A model generated the notes under the pieces. It ran no database searches. It was not told the DNA's origin and worked only from the letters and a program-made list of their open reading frames with translations. The translations under genes were made by a program, and so were the position numbers. A stretch of 64,000 bases of DNA, taken from NCBI RefSeq assembly GCF_001194135.2, contig NC_068982.1:105154014-105218013 (forward strand), given 5' to 3'. Positions 25,565 through 38,796 of the stretch are shown here, piece after piece. Position 1 is the stretch's first letter. Each line of letters starts with the position of its first letter. The stretch comes from Octopus bimaculoides. Taxonomy: Eukaryota.

Positions 25565-25880
25565 CATGGTTTAATGGTTGGGGTATGTGGCTCATGATTG
25601 TAAGGTCATGAGTTCAATTCCTGGCAGTGTTGTGTCCTTGAGCAAGACACTTCATTTCGCATTACTCCAGTCTACTCAGCAGGCAAAAGTGAGTAGTACC
25701 TGTATTTCAAAGGGCCAGCCTTGTCACATTCTGTGTTACACTGAATCTCCCTGAGAACTATGTTAAAGGTATGCATGTCCGTGGAGTATTCAGCCACTTG
25801 CATCCTAATTTCACAAGCAGGCTGTTCTGTTGGTTGGATCAACTGGAACCCTCATCATCATAATCGATGGAGCACCATTA
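25565..25880 (+). mobile_element. Hybrid tRNA-SINE (2935-type 5' half, 3639-type 3' half)
   Basis: Head atggttggggtatgtggctcatg..gagttcaattcc..ttgagcaagacacttcatttc, then gtacctgtatttcaaagggccagccttgtcac..gagaact..aactggaaccctc, matching the 3' half of the CAA-tail SINE. Confidence 0.75.
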
Positions 25881-26957
25881 TTGGAGTGCTGCCTTCCATA
25901 AAATAATTTTTGTGAAAAAGAAACCATTAAGGTTTATAATCTGAAATATTATCTATAGAAAGAAAATCATAAATAAATGGAAAAAGTCCATCAATGGAGG
26001 TATAATAGACATTTTAACATTTTATCATGTATCACTGGTGACTCTTACAGTACAGAATGAACATAATACTCACAGGGGTTACTGGTGATATTTGTCTTAT
26101 AAATCAAAGTGGTAGTTTATATACTGAACTGGAGCATATATATATTTAAAAAGTTTTAAAATTCCATAATTTATAACTAAATGAGACTGCTGGTGCAAAA
26201 AAATAATATGGTGTAAAATAGGCTTGGTAGGCAAAATATTAAAAGATTTCATTCACAGTTCCTTTATTCTTACTTGATATTCTGAAAAGAATCGGTGCAG
26301 ATATGACTGTGTGGTTTGGAAGGTTGTTACTCAACCACATGGTTCTAGGTTCAGTTCCACTGTATAGCACTTTGAGCAAGTGTCTTCTGCTATAGCTTTG
26401 GGCTGACTGAAGCCTTGTGACTGAATTTGGTAGGTGGAAGTTCCAGTTGTGGATGTGTGGTAAGAAGCTTACTTCACTAACCACATAGTCCTGGCACCTT
26501 GAGAAAGTATCTTTTACTGTAGCCTTGGGGCTGACTAAAGTCTTGTGAACGGATTTGGTAGACGGAAACTGAAAGAAGCCCATCATATATATATATATAT
26601 TTATACACACATACACACACATGTAAATATTTATGTTTGTGTCTGTGTTTATCCCCCCCCCCCATCGCTTGACAACCAATGTTGATGTATTTACGTCCCT
26701 GTAACTTAGTGGTTTGGCAAAAGAGACCGATAGAATAAGTACTAGGCTTACAAAGAGTAACTCCTGGTGTTGATTTGTTTCACTAAAAACCCTTAAGGTG
26801 GTGCTCCTGCTTGGCTGCAGTCAAATGACTGAAACAAGTAAATGATTAAACGAGTTTGATCCTCCGCTTGATGTTGAGTTCTACTTTACATTCATCATGT
26901 ATTGAGTAACTTTCTATTCATTAGTATGGCTACTTCAGTTAACACCAACAGATATTT

Positions 26958-27019
26958 CATTCTCTCTCTCTCTCTCTCTCTCTGTAACACACACTTTCTT
27001 TCCCTCTCTTTCACACACA

Positions 27020-27050
<31 letters not shown>

Positions 27051-27085
27051 CCTCACAAATACACACTCTGTCACACACACACAAT

Positions 27086-27162
<77 letters not shown>
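26958..27162. repeat. (CT)n/(CA)n compound microsatellite
   Basis: Direct inspection. Other tracts at 27872-27947, 29777-29817, 30228-30300 and 50006-50140. Confidence 0.9.
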
Positions 27163-27163
<1 letters not shown>

Positions 27164-27261
27164 TGTAATTCTTATTCCAATGTTTACTTTGCCATGGGTG
27201 ATTGCATCATCAGCAGCAGCAGCACCACATCACTCAGTAAGGTCTTTTGACCCTTGTGAAG

Positions 27262-27580
27262 GTACGTGGCTTAGTGGTTAGGGCATTTAGCTCATGATCT
27301 TAAGGTAAATTTGATACCTAACAACACATTGTATCCTTGAGCAAGACACTTTATTTCGCATTACTCCAGTCTACTCAGCAGGCAAAAGTGAGTAGTACCT
27401 GTATTTCAAAGGATCAGCCTTGTCACATTCTGTGTCATGCTGAATCTCCCTGAGAACTACGTTAAGGTCACGTGTGTGTGTGGAGTGCTCAACCAGTGGC
27501 ACATTAATTTCACAAGTAGTCTGTTCTGTTGATCGGATTAACTAGAACGCTCGTCATCGTAATTGACAGAGTGTCAGTTG
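27262..27580 (+). mobile_element. Second hybrid tRNA-SINE
   Basis: gtacgtggcttagtggttagggc head; body collinear with 25565-25880. Confidence 0.75.
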
Positions 27581-27898
27581 GCACCTCCTTGAGATGCAGC
27601 TCATTTTATCTTAAGCCTTCTTTAGTTTCCCCTCTTCCATGGGTTCCACTAACTTGCAACACTCAGCACTTCCTTATGCTTGCTCATACTCTCACAAGCC
27701 TTCTCTCTTAAAATGTGTGATCATAAATTTCTTATTTCTAGCTAATCCTTTCATAGAGTTAGATGAAAGAATCAAATTCATTCACAATCTTAATTCTACT
27801 TAACTTCTAGCTTTTTACTGACAAATATACTGTTTACCAGTTGAACGAATTGAATGTGTGTACAAAAATGAGTCTGTGTGTGTGTGTGTGTGTGTGTT

Positions 27899-27950
<52 letters not shown>

Positions 27951-28683
27951 AATATTGTGCACATTAAAGAAAATTGAATGTTCTTATTTAAAGGCAAGAT
28001 AACATTGTGTTGCGTGCGCGTTAGAGCTTGAAGAAAAGGAATAACTGAACTAAGGGGCACAACTCTTAAACCCGTTAATTTGAACAAACAAATTAAGTGT
28101 AATCTTTAGTAGAAGGCAAAGCGCAACATTTCAAATCACAAAAACATTTATTTTGAATATTTATTATATTTTTTTTTCTATGACAACTTCTAACAAAGGG
28201 CGTTGTTTTTCTTCATCATCCCTAACCTTCAGCACAAAAGCCTCATCCACTCGCAACCACACATCTCATGCCACTTCTTCTCTGACAGCGTCAACAGAAA
28301 CCATGAAAACGACTTCCAGTGGGGTCATGTTAATTTTGTCTTCGTCAACAACACAAAGATATAATCCCTCACATATTCCCCTTTCTCGCAAGTAATTATC
28401 GTACCTCACAATCCCTAAGCGTGAACATCTTACAACTAAAACCACCTCAAGATTCCTACAAGTATTAATCTTCACATATCACAGAACGTCAGACATCGCA
28501 GATCGTCATTGTCATCACTTAACGTCCGTCTTCTATGCTGGTATGAGTTGGACGGTATGACAACGAATCAACATTCATACGAAAAATGAACCAAGGGAAA
28601 CAACTCTTGAAAGCATGTGCACGTAGACGTATGCATCCATTATATTGACTATATTTTGTTAACCATTGAGGGATGGGTTATGC

Positions 28684-29190
28684 CATGGGTCACCAAACTA
28701 CGGCCCGCGAGTTCAGTTAATCCTGACCGCCGCCGCACTGTGTCTTTTGTGTAAGTACCTGCAATGGGAGTTCATTTGCCTTTGGAACAACTTATGTTTG
28801 TGAGCAAACATTTTCAAAAATGAAGTCTGTGAAGTCAGCACATCGAATGCGGTTGATTGATGAACATTTGAAAGCAATTCTCTTGGTTGGATGCAGCAAT
28901 TACAAAGCAAATATTGATGATATCTTAAAAGCTAAACACCAGTTTCAATAATCTCACTAACCTTTTTTGATGTTTAGTTTGTGAGATTTGGATATGTGTT
29001 CACTGAGCGTGATATAACTATCTTATTGCTAACGTCACCTTCTTTGATAAGATTTTGGTAAATAAATATGTTGGTTGTTTTTATTTTTTATGCATTCACT
29101 GTGTTGTATTGAACAAAATGGTTATGCGGCCCGCACTCGTCATTCTCTCAGTTATCTGGCCCGCCGTAAAAAAATGTTTGATGACCCCTG
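28684..29190 (+). mobile_element. hAT (Charlie/Buster-type) internally deleted element, 507 bp
   Basis: TIR CATGGGTCACCAAAC / GTTTGATGACCCCTG; 8-bp TSD ggttatgc / ggttatac. Internal FGTTYVCEQTFSKMKSVKSAHRMRLIDEHLKAIL is the hAT C-terminal dimerisation region. Confidence 0.88.
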
Positions 29191-29771
29191 GGTTATACGA
29201 ATCAAGATGTTTGTAAATTTACTATTAGAGCATGTGTTTGTATGGTTAAATGTTCTAATATATCGTTTTATCGTTTTTTTTTTTGGTTTAATCTTTTATT
29301 TCAGTCATTAGACTGTGGCCATGCTGGGACACTGGAGTGGAAATTTTTTAGTCAAATGAGTCCATCCCAGTACTTGATTTTTTTGTTAAGCCTGGAACTT
29401 ATTCTATCGGTTTCTTTTTACCGAACCGCTAAGTTACAGAGACGCAAACACACCAACGCCCGTTGTCTAGTGGTGATGGGGGACAAACATAGACAGACAC
29501 ACACACTCATAGACATGTTTTTTGAATTAACTATGTATATTCGATGGGTATCTTCCAGTTTCTGTCTACCAAATCCACTCACAAGGCTTTGGTCGGCCCA
29601 AAGCTACAATAGAAGACACATGCCCAAGGTGTCACTCAGTAGGACTGAACTCGGAACCATTTGGGTGGGAAGCAGACCTCTTACCACACAGCCATGCCTT
29701 ACAGTCCCACCAGATACATGCAATGTAATAACCATCAATTTGAAATCAGATGCACACACATACATAGATGT

Positions 29772-29819
<48 letters not shown>

Positions 29820-30255
29820 TCTTTTACTCTTTTACTTGTTTCAGTCATTTGACTCAGCCATGCTGGGGCACCGCCTTTAGTCGAGCAGATCGACCTGTGG
29901 TCCCTGGCCTTGCCAGTTCCTGTTAAGCTGTCCAACCCATTCCAGCATGGAAAACAGACATTAAATGCTGCTGTTGATGATGATGATGATAATTGTGGAG
30001 TGCTGAGAGCAAGATCAGGCAAGCAAGACATCTTGGTCATCCTATGCATCCATCTCCATCTCCAGTTATCTGACCAGATCTTGGCACTGGACTGAAGATG
30101 GTCATGAACTGGTGAGTGAGGGTGATGGTGTGCAACTCTTCTTCACTTTATACTAAGTCATTGCACAAGCATCAAACATCCTTGGATAACTAGATAGTCC
30201 TTATTGCTCCGATGGATAAACATGATGCACGCACACACACACACACACACACATG

Positions 30256-30287
<32 letters not shown>

Positions 30288-30339
30288 TGCACACATGCAT
30301 ATAAAGGAAAACCATTGAATAAATGTGTGAATAACTTAC

Positions 30340-30550
30340 TTATCAGGGTCATCAAGGGATGTGTTATAGACTAAGTCTTTATGTCCTGGTGCATAATCCC
30401 ATTCAACTTCTTCAGCTTGAATGAAATATTCTCTGACTTTGTTTTCCTTCATTTCAATATTTTGCTTTCTCCCGCAGCGTTCTACTTTATACATGGCCTT
30501 GGTTCCAGCATTGAAGTGATCATTGGTCACACACTCCACAGCCCATATAC
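30340..30550 (-). CDS. Multicopper ferroxidase exon E11 (domain 4 T1 site, domain 5 start)
   Basis: Acceptor tcttctgtag|GT, donor AA|GTAAGT; 211 nt, phase 1 to 2. GIWAVECVTNDHFNAGTKAMYKVERCGRK...VREYFIQAEEVEWDYAPGHKDLVYNTSLDDPD. Confidence 0.94.
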
Positions 30551-30701
30551 CTACAGAAGAGAGTCGCTGGTTACAATGGATGGGATTCATTTAGAACAAA
30601 CAATTTTCAGCACAAACAGCATGTCTATTATTTTATTGTAATAGAAAACAAAAAGTAGAATTATATACACATGTGTATCAGCAGAGATGATGATAATGAT
30701 G

Positions 30702-30736
<35 letters not shown>

Positions 30737-30740
<4 letters not shown>

Positions 30741-31211
30741 CTGTCCTCATTTAATGACTGAGTTACGTTCCAACAGCCCCGTCGTTAAGCAAATTCATCA
30801 TTAAACGAATATTCATAGGGTACGTATTTTTTTTATAGGTATAGTGTACTGTACGTACATATAAAAACAGAATACCGTACTGTATAAAGTATATGCAGTA
30901 CAGGGCCAAGAACCACTAACATAAATTGTTGAAAAATGAATAAGTAACAGTAAGATTATCATAAAAGATAATGGAAAAAAGAGACGAAATAGTAATATAG
31001 GTACAAAGAGCGTCACTGTGTTGCCTGGCTGACCACAAGCGGGAGAGTGAGAGAGCGAGCGTGTTGGAGGGTGAGACTGGGTGAGTGCACAATACGACAG
31101 TCAAAGTTTTTAAGTTTTTATATTTTGTAAAATATGTAATGACGGCTCGTAAAGTTTGTCGTAACTCCGGGTGGTCGTTAAATAGGTAGGCCGTTAAATG
31201 AGGACAGTCTG
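30737..31211. mobile_element. Tigger/pogo-like MITE (475 bp) in a (TA)n tract
   Basis: TIR CAGACTGTCCTCATTTAATGAC / GCCGTTAAATGAGGACAGTCTG, flanked by TA repeats. Confidence 0.82.
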
Positions 31212-31247
<36 letters not shown>

Positions 31248-31334
31248 TGTATATATNNNNNNNNNNNNNNNNNNNNNNNNNNNNNNNNNNNNNNNNNNNN
31301 NNNNNNNNNNNNNNNNNNNNNNNNNNNNNNNNNT

Positions 31335-31670
31335 TCAATTCCCAGACCAGGCGTTGTGAGTGTTTATTGAGCGAAAACACCTAAAGGTCCACGAGGCTCC
31401 GGCAGGGGATGATGGCGAACCCTGCTGTACTCTTTCACCACAACTTTGTCTCACTCTTACTTCCTGTTTCTGTTGTACCTGTAATTCAAAGGGCCAGCCT
31501 TGTCACACTGTGTCATGCTGAATATCCCCGAGAACTACGTTAAGGGTACACGTGTCTGTGGAGTGCTCAGCCACTTGCACGTTAATTTCACGAGCAGGCT
31601 GTTCCGTTGGTCGGATCAACTGGAACCCTCGACGTCGTAAGCGACAGAGTGCCAACAACACAACAACAAT
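31335..31670 (+). mobile_element. Third copy of the (CAA)n-tailed SINE, 5' end lost in an N gap
   Basis: Reverse complement of 3639-4021 from the B-box region onward, ending ccaacaacacaacaacaa. Confidence 0.85.
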
Positions 31671-33000
31671 ATATGCAAACACATTGCATGTTTGTACATA
31701 TGCAAATATTTTACATGACTATTGTGTACTTTTCATTGAGCTCTTTATTTTCAAGGTACTGAAAATTATGGCTCTTGCTAGTTACAAAGTTAATATGGAT
31801 TACATCATCTGAAGATATCCATTGTCACCGTTGTCATCACCACTGCTGTCGCCAACACCATCGCTGTCATTTAATGTTCAAATTCCATGCTGACATGAGT
31901 TGGAGAGTTTGGCAGTCTTACAAATCAGAGGACTGCCTTATGCACCAATGTCTTCTTTAACATGGTTTCTACAACTGGATGCTCTTTCTAATATCAACCA
32001 CTTTACAGGGTGCATTGGGTACTTTTTTGTGATACCAGCACTAGTGATAATTGTCTTGTAATTTGTAAGACTAAGGCCCTAAAATGGCCCTTATAACTAA
32101 AGGAAAACAGAAGAGAGAGTGGATAATGATACTGGGTGGAGAGATAAGAGAGTGCTAGGTAAGCGGATGGGCTGGGTTGTAAGGCAGGGAGCAGAAGAGA
32201 GGGAAGGAATTAGTGATAGGGTAGAGAAACAGGGAGGGATAGAGATGAAAATGTGATGGGGTAGGTTCTTTTGTTTTTTATGTTTGGAGAATTTCTCTTC
32301 ACAGACTTATTCTATATTACTGAAACCAGTGATCCTTGACTTGATGTTGTTAATGTTTTGCTTAAACTGTGCAGGTTAACATCTTCAGGAAATACATGCA
32401 TAGGGAGGAGATTCCAGAGAACCAATGTTTTGGAGTGGAAGGACTTAGAATAGGAGTTTGTGGTTGGGTCCAGGTGAGAACTAATCACAGCAGAGATGAT
32501 AAAAGGTAGATAAACAAGTGGGTTGAGAGTACTTGGATAGAGGAGTTACAAATCCATCCAGCTCCAAGGAACAGAAGCTGATATAGAATCACTATAGAGG
32601 CTATTATTGTAATTATCAATTATAAAACATTTCTTAGGTTTATTTACCTTGGAAGGATAAAAGAATAGACAAGACATAGTATGGTAATAAATTAAATACT
32701 GTAACCAGAACAACTGCAGCATTGGGAGTGATCTTCATTCAACCTAAATACAATGGAAGCATGCTGAATCAAGCATTCAGACAGCATTTCTACTTGTGGT
32801 CATTCTGTCTTTATTGTAAAGCAAACAAGGTGAGAAAAACAAAATGGAATTGGATATTTGTTAAAAGAGATTTAAGAATGACAGTAACTCTGCTGGTTAT
32901 TGATGCCTCCTAATAAAATCATAGGTCATAAATATAACAACTTAAAGAAATAGAGTTTAAACTCTATCACAGGATGTTTCCAGGAATAACATTTACTTAC

Positions 33001-33213
33001 CAGGATTTACAGCTGTCATTTCTAGTGTTTGTAGCATTCCTGGGAGTACGCTGAAAGTGTCTTTATGGTTTTGATGAACAGTGAAAGTATTTCCATGGAA
33101 ATAAACAGTGTGCAAATCAACTTCGTTGCCAAGAGCCATGATATGCCAGCTGACTTTATCATTCATGCACATTTCTGGTTCATAAAGATTCCCATAAAGG
33201 TAGCCATTGATAC
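33001..33213 (-). CDS. Multicopper ferroxidase exon E10 (domain 4; absent from the ORF track)
   Basis: Translated by hand. Acceptor cttatcttttgtag|GT, donor G|GTAAGT; 213 nt, phase 1 to 1. GINGYLYGNLYEPEMCMNDKVSWHIMALGNEVDLHTVYFHGNTFTVHQNHKDTFSVLPGMLQTLEMTAVNP. Confidence 0.94.
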
Positions 33214-33400
33214 CTACAAAAGATAAGAGGAATTTTTATTTATTATATTTGTAGATCAGTCCATTAAGTGTCTTATAGTGCATAGTTGTGTTCCTCTATA
33301 CTCACAGTTTAAATTATAACAATTTTGCTGTACTGTACATACAGTTCTGGTTACTTTTTCTGATTAGATGTAGTGCACCTGAGCACTGAATACAATGAGT

Positions 33401-33440
<40 letters not shown>

Positions 33441-33461
33441 CATCATCATTATTATTATTTA

Positions 33462-33685
33462 AGGTGACAAACTGGCAGAACTGTTAATACACGGGACATA
33501 ATGCGTAGCAGCATTTCATCCATCTTCATGTTCTGAGTTCAAATCCTGTCGAGGTTGACTTTGCCTTTCATCCTTTCAGGGTTGATAAATTAAGTACCAG
33601 TGGAACATTGGGGTCGATGTAATTGACTAGTCCCCTCAGCCAAAATTTCAGGCCTTGTGCCTTTAGTAGAAAGGATTATTATAAT
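33462..33685 (+). mobile_element. (ATT)n-tailed tRNA-SINE preceded by an (ATT)n tract
   Basis: aaggtgacaaactggcagaa...gagttcaaatcc...tagtagaaaggattatt. Further copies at about 33984-34205 (+), 37688-37940 (-) and 39141-39350 (+). Confidence 0.85.
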
Positions 33686-35930
33686 TACTATCCCTCAAAC
33701 ATTCAGTATACTTCACCTTTATAAATGTTGTTTTGCTTTCAGAAGGAAGAAATCAGTTACCATTTGTTTATAATTAGCATTGTTATACTATTAAATATTG
33801 TGTATGTATGGATGTGTTTGTTCTACATATTTGTTATTTATTTTTCAAGTCTTCCCTATAATGTTGAAATTCTTTTTATTTTTTTCTCTGGTTGAATATG
33901 AAGGAAAAGTTAAATTGTGAGAGGTATCAAAAGCAACAAACAATAACAAATATCAGATCCTAGTCAATATAACAAATCTCAGTAAGGTGGTGAGCTGGCA
34001 GAATCATTAGCACGCCAGGCAAGATTCTTAGCAGCATTTAGTCCGTCTTTAAGTTCTGAGTTCTAATTTCACTGAGGTTGAATATACCTTTCATCCTTTT
34101 GGATTCAATAAAATAAGCACCAGTTGAGCACTGGGGTTGATGTAATCGACTTGCCCTCTCCCTTGAAATAGCTGGCTTTGTGCCAACATTTGAAACCAAT
34201 ATAATAAACCTCAGTTAAACTGCTAATCATTTGTTTAGATGTCATTTCAGACTTTTCTCAGTCTGCTTCCTGGCCACAAAGTTTCCATTATGTCTCATTG
34301 GAGCGACAGTGTGGTTATTTAACTCTAGATCAGATCTGATCCAACAGACTTATGACCAAAAATATTCCTGTTATGACAATCCTGTCTTCCATTCAGACAA
34401 GGAGAGTTCTGGTGGCTCAATAGTCGATCAAAGGAATATCTTGGCAGTCGCTCGACCTGCTAGAAATAGCAACCAACGACACCTTACTGTCACGAAATAA
34501 AGAAGATAAATTGGACATGGTTTTTATTTGTTTATTTTTATGCAGCAGCTGGAATGGAATATAAGATGAAAACCTCAGTTCACCGTGTTTCAAAAGCATT
34601 GGCTAGTGTATATAAAGGGAAACAACTCTGTTGCTATGATCAAGTAATAAGTATTAACGATATATATATACAAGGTATTGGGATTTGATGGTGAAAGGTA
34701 CCTGTAATAGTAATAAACCTTGAAAGATTTGGATAGAGAAGTTAGGACATGTATTGAAATATTAGGCTAATTTTTTTAGGATGACATGAGATCAGCTTGT
34801 AAAGAGAGATACTTTACTGTCAGCATGTGAAAAACATCATCGTTCTAACTTCCACTTCTCCATGATTGCAAGGATCGCACGAAATTTGTTGAGGAAGATT
34901 TTCTACGGCCACATGCCCTTCCTGTCGCTAACCCTCACTTATTTCCAAGCAAGTTATGGCCAGACATGTTTTTTGCTGAATATTGGAAATGAACGACACT
35001 ATTTGTATAACAGTGAAATTCATTTACAATTATTATGTAAGGACAAGGAGACACACACGCGTGCATGCCCCCCACCACGCACGACAGGGTTCTTTCAATT
35101 TTTATCCATCAAATCCACTCACAAGATTTCGGTCAGCCTAGAGCCATGGTAGAAGACACTTTACCAAGGTGTTACACAGTGGGACTGAACCCCGAACCAT
35201 ACTGTTGGGAAGCAAACTTCTTAACCACACAGCCATGTTTGCACCTCAAAACATATTAAAATGTCAGTGTTGGTAGTTGTTTTTCTTTCTTTTTATCATT
35301 CTTCAAGAATTCTCTCTCATTTCTCATTATGATCCCACCAAGTTGCTTCATCAAACACATTCTTACTTTAAGAACTAACACCTGTATTTCACCTCATCTT
35401 TATCATTCACCTGGTATTTATTTAATCACCCATGGGAAGATAAAGAACCTGAAGATCCGAATATGTCATTAACTTACCTTAATCTTTTCACTGTGGAAAA
35501 CAGATATATTTAAATAATAATTTAATTTCTCTTCACTGCAGAAAGCAGTTTTATGTACCAATCCATCTCTTTTGGGGGAATGTCATGCTTGAAACTATTT
35601 ATTGTTGAGATATGCCAAGTTTATTGAGACAACATGACTTGCAGAAAATACCAATTCTATTTTTGGTAGATATTTACCATCATTACAGGAATAACCCATG
35701 AAATGGGTCAAAACAATTGTAGTGATTAATAGATATTCTCATATCTTCCATCTTCTGTGTCTCTTCGGCAAAAGAGACTGATAGAATAAGTACAAGGCCT
35801 AAAAAAAATAAGTACTGGGGTCAACTCATTTGACTAAACCTTTCAAGGTGGTGCCCTAGCATGGCTGCAGTCTAATGACTGAAACAAGGAAAAGATAAAA
35901 AAATAAAATGTAATCCACTTGAGTACCTAC

Positions 35931-36081
35931 CATGCATCAAATTTGATTCCATAAAATCTTCATCCTCTACATCAACAGAATCAGGATTTATAGCATACTT
36001 TTCAATGTTCTTTTTCAAGTACCAAGAATTGTTTTCGTCAGTCACCGTAAACATGAGAAAGAACTCTTTATCTACGTTTTT
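35931..36081 (-). CDS. Multicopper ferroxidase exon E9 (domain 4 N-part)
   Basis: Acceptor cccttttcag|AAA, donor G|GTAGGT; 151 nt, phase 0 to 1. KNVDKEFFLMFTVTDENNSWYLKKNIEKYAINPDSVDVEDEDFMESNLMH. Confidence 0.94.
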
Positions 36082-37686
36082 CTGAAAAGGGAGAAAATAA
36101 ATGAAAAGATGATAAAATAACAAAATCAAAATTACGTCCAGTGTTATCTTTTATCTTTTACTTGTTTCAGTTATAAGACTGTGACCATGCTGGGGCACCG
36201 TCTTGAAGAACTTTTGGTCGAATGAAATGAACCCAGTATTTTCTTTTCTAAGCCTAATATTTATTCTATTAATCTCGTTTGACAAACTGCTAAGTTATGG
36301 GGATGTAAACAAACCAACACCAGTTGTGAAGTGGTGTGGGAAACAAAGACACACACACACACACACACACACATATGAGGAGCTTCTTTCAGTTTCTGTC
36401 TATCAAAACCACTTATAAGGCTTTGGTTAGCCCAAGGCTATAGTAGAAAATACTTACCCAAGGTGCCACACAGTGGGACTGAACCCAGACCTATGTGGTT
36501 GGAAGGCAAGATTCTTACAACACAGCCATGTGAATAAAGGTTTCTGTGTTTCTGTAAGGCAAATAAAGGCATTTCATCTGTCTTTATGTTTTGAATTCAA
36601 ATTCCACCATGGTTAACCCCTTTCAGGGTTGATGTAATAAGAACCAGTCAAGTAAAGGGGTTGATGTAATCAATTAGCCCCCTCCCTCCAAATTTCAGGC
36701 CATGTGCCTAAAGTAGAAAGGATTATTATTATTATTAATGTGGCAAGCAAGCAAAATCATTAGTACACCAGACAAAATGAATAATCTGGTACAGAGAGAT
36801 AACAAGATGGTGAGAGTAGGATACTATGCTAAGAGAAGTAAAACTGAGTGAAGAGGAATGAACAGGCAGAAGGAAGTGATACTTGAGAAGTTAGCAATTA
36901 GTGATGGGGAAACCAAAAGCTAATAATGAAAGACAACAACAGAATTGAACAATGAAGAAAAAATGATGGGAAAAGCAGAAAAATGACAAAATGAAAAAAT
37001 GAAAAAATTTAAAGATGACAAGAAGCTGAGATAGTGTGAAAGGTTTTAATAGATTACATGAACAGTGAGGAGGCCCTTGGAAATCCTCATTTGAAAATCC
37101 CAGCTAATTTTTTTTTGTGTGTGTCTACCATTATGTTTTGAGTTCAAATACCACCAAAGTCAACTTTACCTTTCACTCTTTTGGGGTTGGTGAAAGAAGT
37201 ACCAGTTGAGCACTGGAGCCAATGCAGTCAACTTCTGTCTCCCCTCAGAATTGTTGGCTTAGTTCCAAAATTAGAAATTATTATTATTATTATTAGAGGT
37301 GCTATCTCCTACAAAGAGAACAGAGAACAGGATTGCAGGGGCATGAAGAGAACACAAAGTACGCAAGTCCAGAGCCAACTCCTTTCTTTCAGTCCCAACA
37401 GAGCCTTCCAAACATGGATCAGACTGATTGGCTACAACTGGATACACTGTATCCTGTCTTTTTTTCTGTGTGATGTCCTTGTGAACATCAACAATGACAG
37501 GCTAACTAATAATAATAATAATAATCATCATCATTATTGTTTAACGTCTGCTTTCCATGCTGGCATGGGTTGGACAGTTTGACTGAGGACTGGCAAGCCA
37601 GGAGGCTGAACCAGGGTCCAATCTGATCTGCCCTTCCTAACACCAACCACTCTGAAAGTGCAGTGGGTGCTTTTTATGTGTCACCG

Positions 37687-37727
<41 letters not shown>

Positions 37728-38406
37728 CCTTTATACTATAGGCACAAGGCTTTAAATTTGTGGGGAGGGGTTAAGTCAATTACATCGACTCCAGTACTCA
37801 GCTGGTACTTAATTTATCAACCCCGAAAGATGAAAGGCAGAGTCGACCTCGGCAGAACTTGAACTCAGAACATAGCAACGGGAAAAATACTGCTAAGCAT
37901 TTCACCTAGCATGCTAATGATTCTACCAGCTCACCACCTTAATAATGATAATAATAATAATGATAATGATGATTTCATTTAATTGCCACCAGGGCAAAGG
38001 ATGAGGGGGACAATGCAAAACAGATACAAAATGTGAGGGTTTGCATATAATGAAATGATAAAATAAATAAATAAATAAATAAAATAATAAAAAAAAGGTG
38101 TAAGTATACACTGTATACTATGAAAAGGAAGAGAAGTATACATAGTATACAAAGGTTAACAAAAAAAGTGGAGGGTGATAGATGGTTCTAATACCCTTTT
38201 AAAATTAAAAAAAAATTTTTAATTTAAATTTTATTTTTATACAACATAATATTACATGGGCTTTTGCTACACTTTGATTATAAACGTTTTCCCTCTGAGT
38301 CCTTAATGTTTTCCTAGATCCCAGTATAGTGTCCTAAGTTTCATAGCGTACTGAAAATAACGACAAGAGTTAATGTCACCCTACTCTACCTCTTTTATGG
38401 GCATTT

Positions 38407-38796
38407 GTTGTTGTTGTTGGCACTCCGTCGCTTATGATGTTGAAGGTTCCAGTTGATCCGATCAACAGAACAGCCTGCTCGTAAAATTAACGTGCAAGTG
38501 GCTGAGCACTCCACAGACACGTGTACCCTTAACGTAGTTCTCAGGGATATTCAGCGTGACACAGTGTGACAAGGCTGGCCCTTTGAATTACAGGTACAAC
38601 AGAACCAGGAAGAAAGAGTGAGAGAAAGTTGTGGTGAAAGAGTACAGCAGGTTTCGCCACCATCCCCTGCCGGAGTTTCGTGGAGCTATAGGTGTTTTCA
38701 CTCAATAAACACTCACAACGTCCGGTCTGGGAATCGAAATCGCAATCCTATGACCGCGAGTCTGCTGCCCTAACCACTGGGCCATTGCATCTCCAC
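38407..38796 (-). mobile_element. Second full-length copy of the (CAA)n-tailed SINE
   Basis: Collinear with 3639-4021; 11-bp TSD tatgggcattt (38396-38406) / tatggacattt (38797-38807). Confidence 0.9.
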
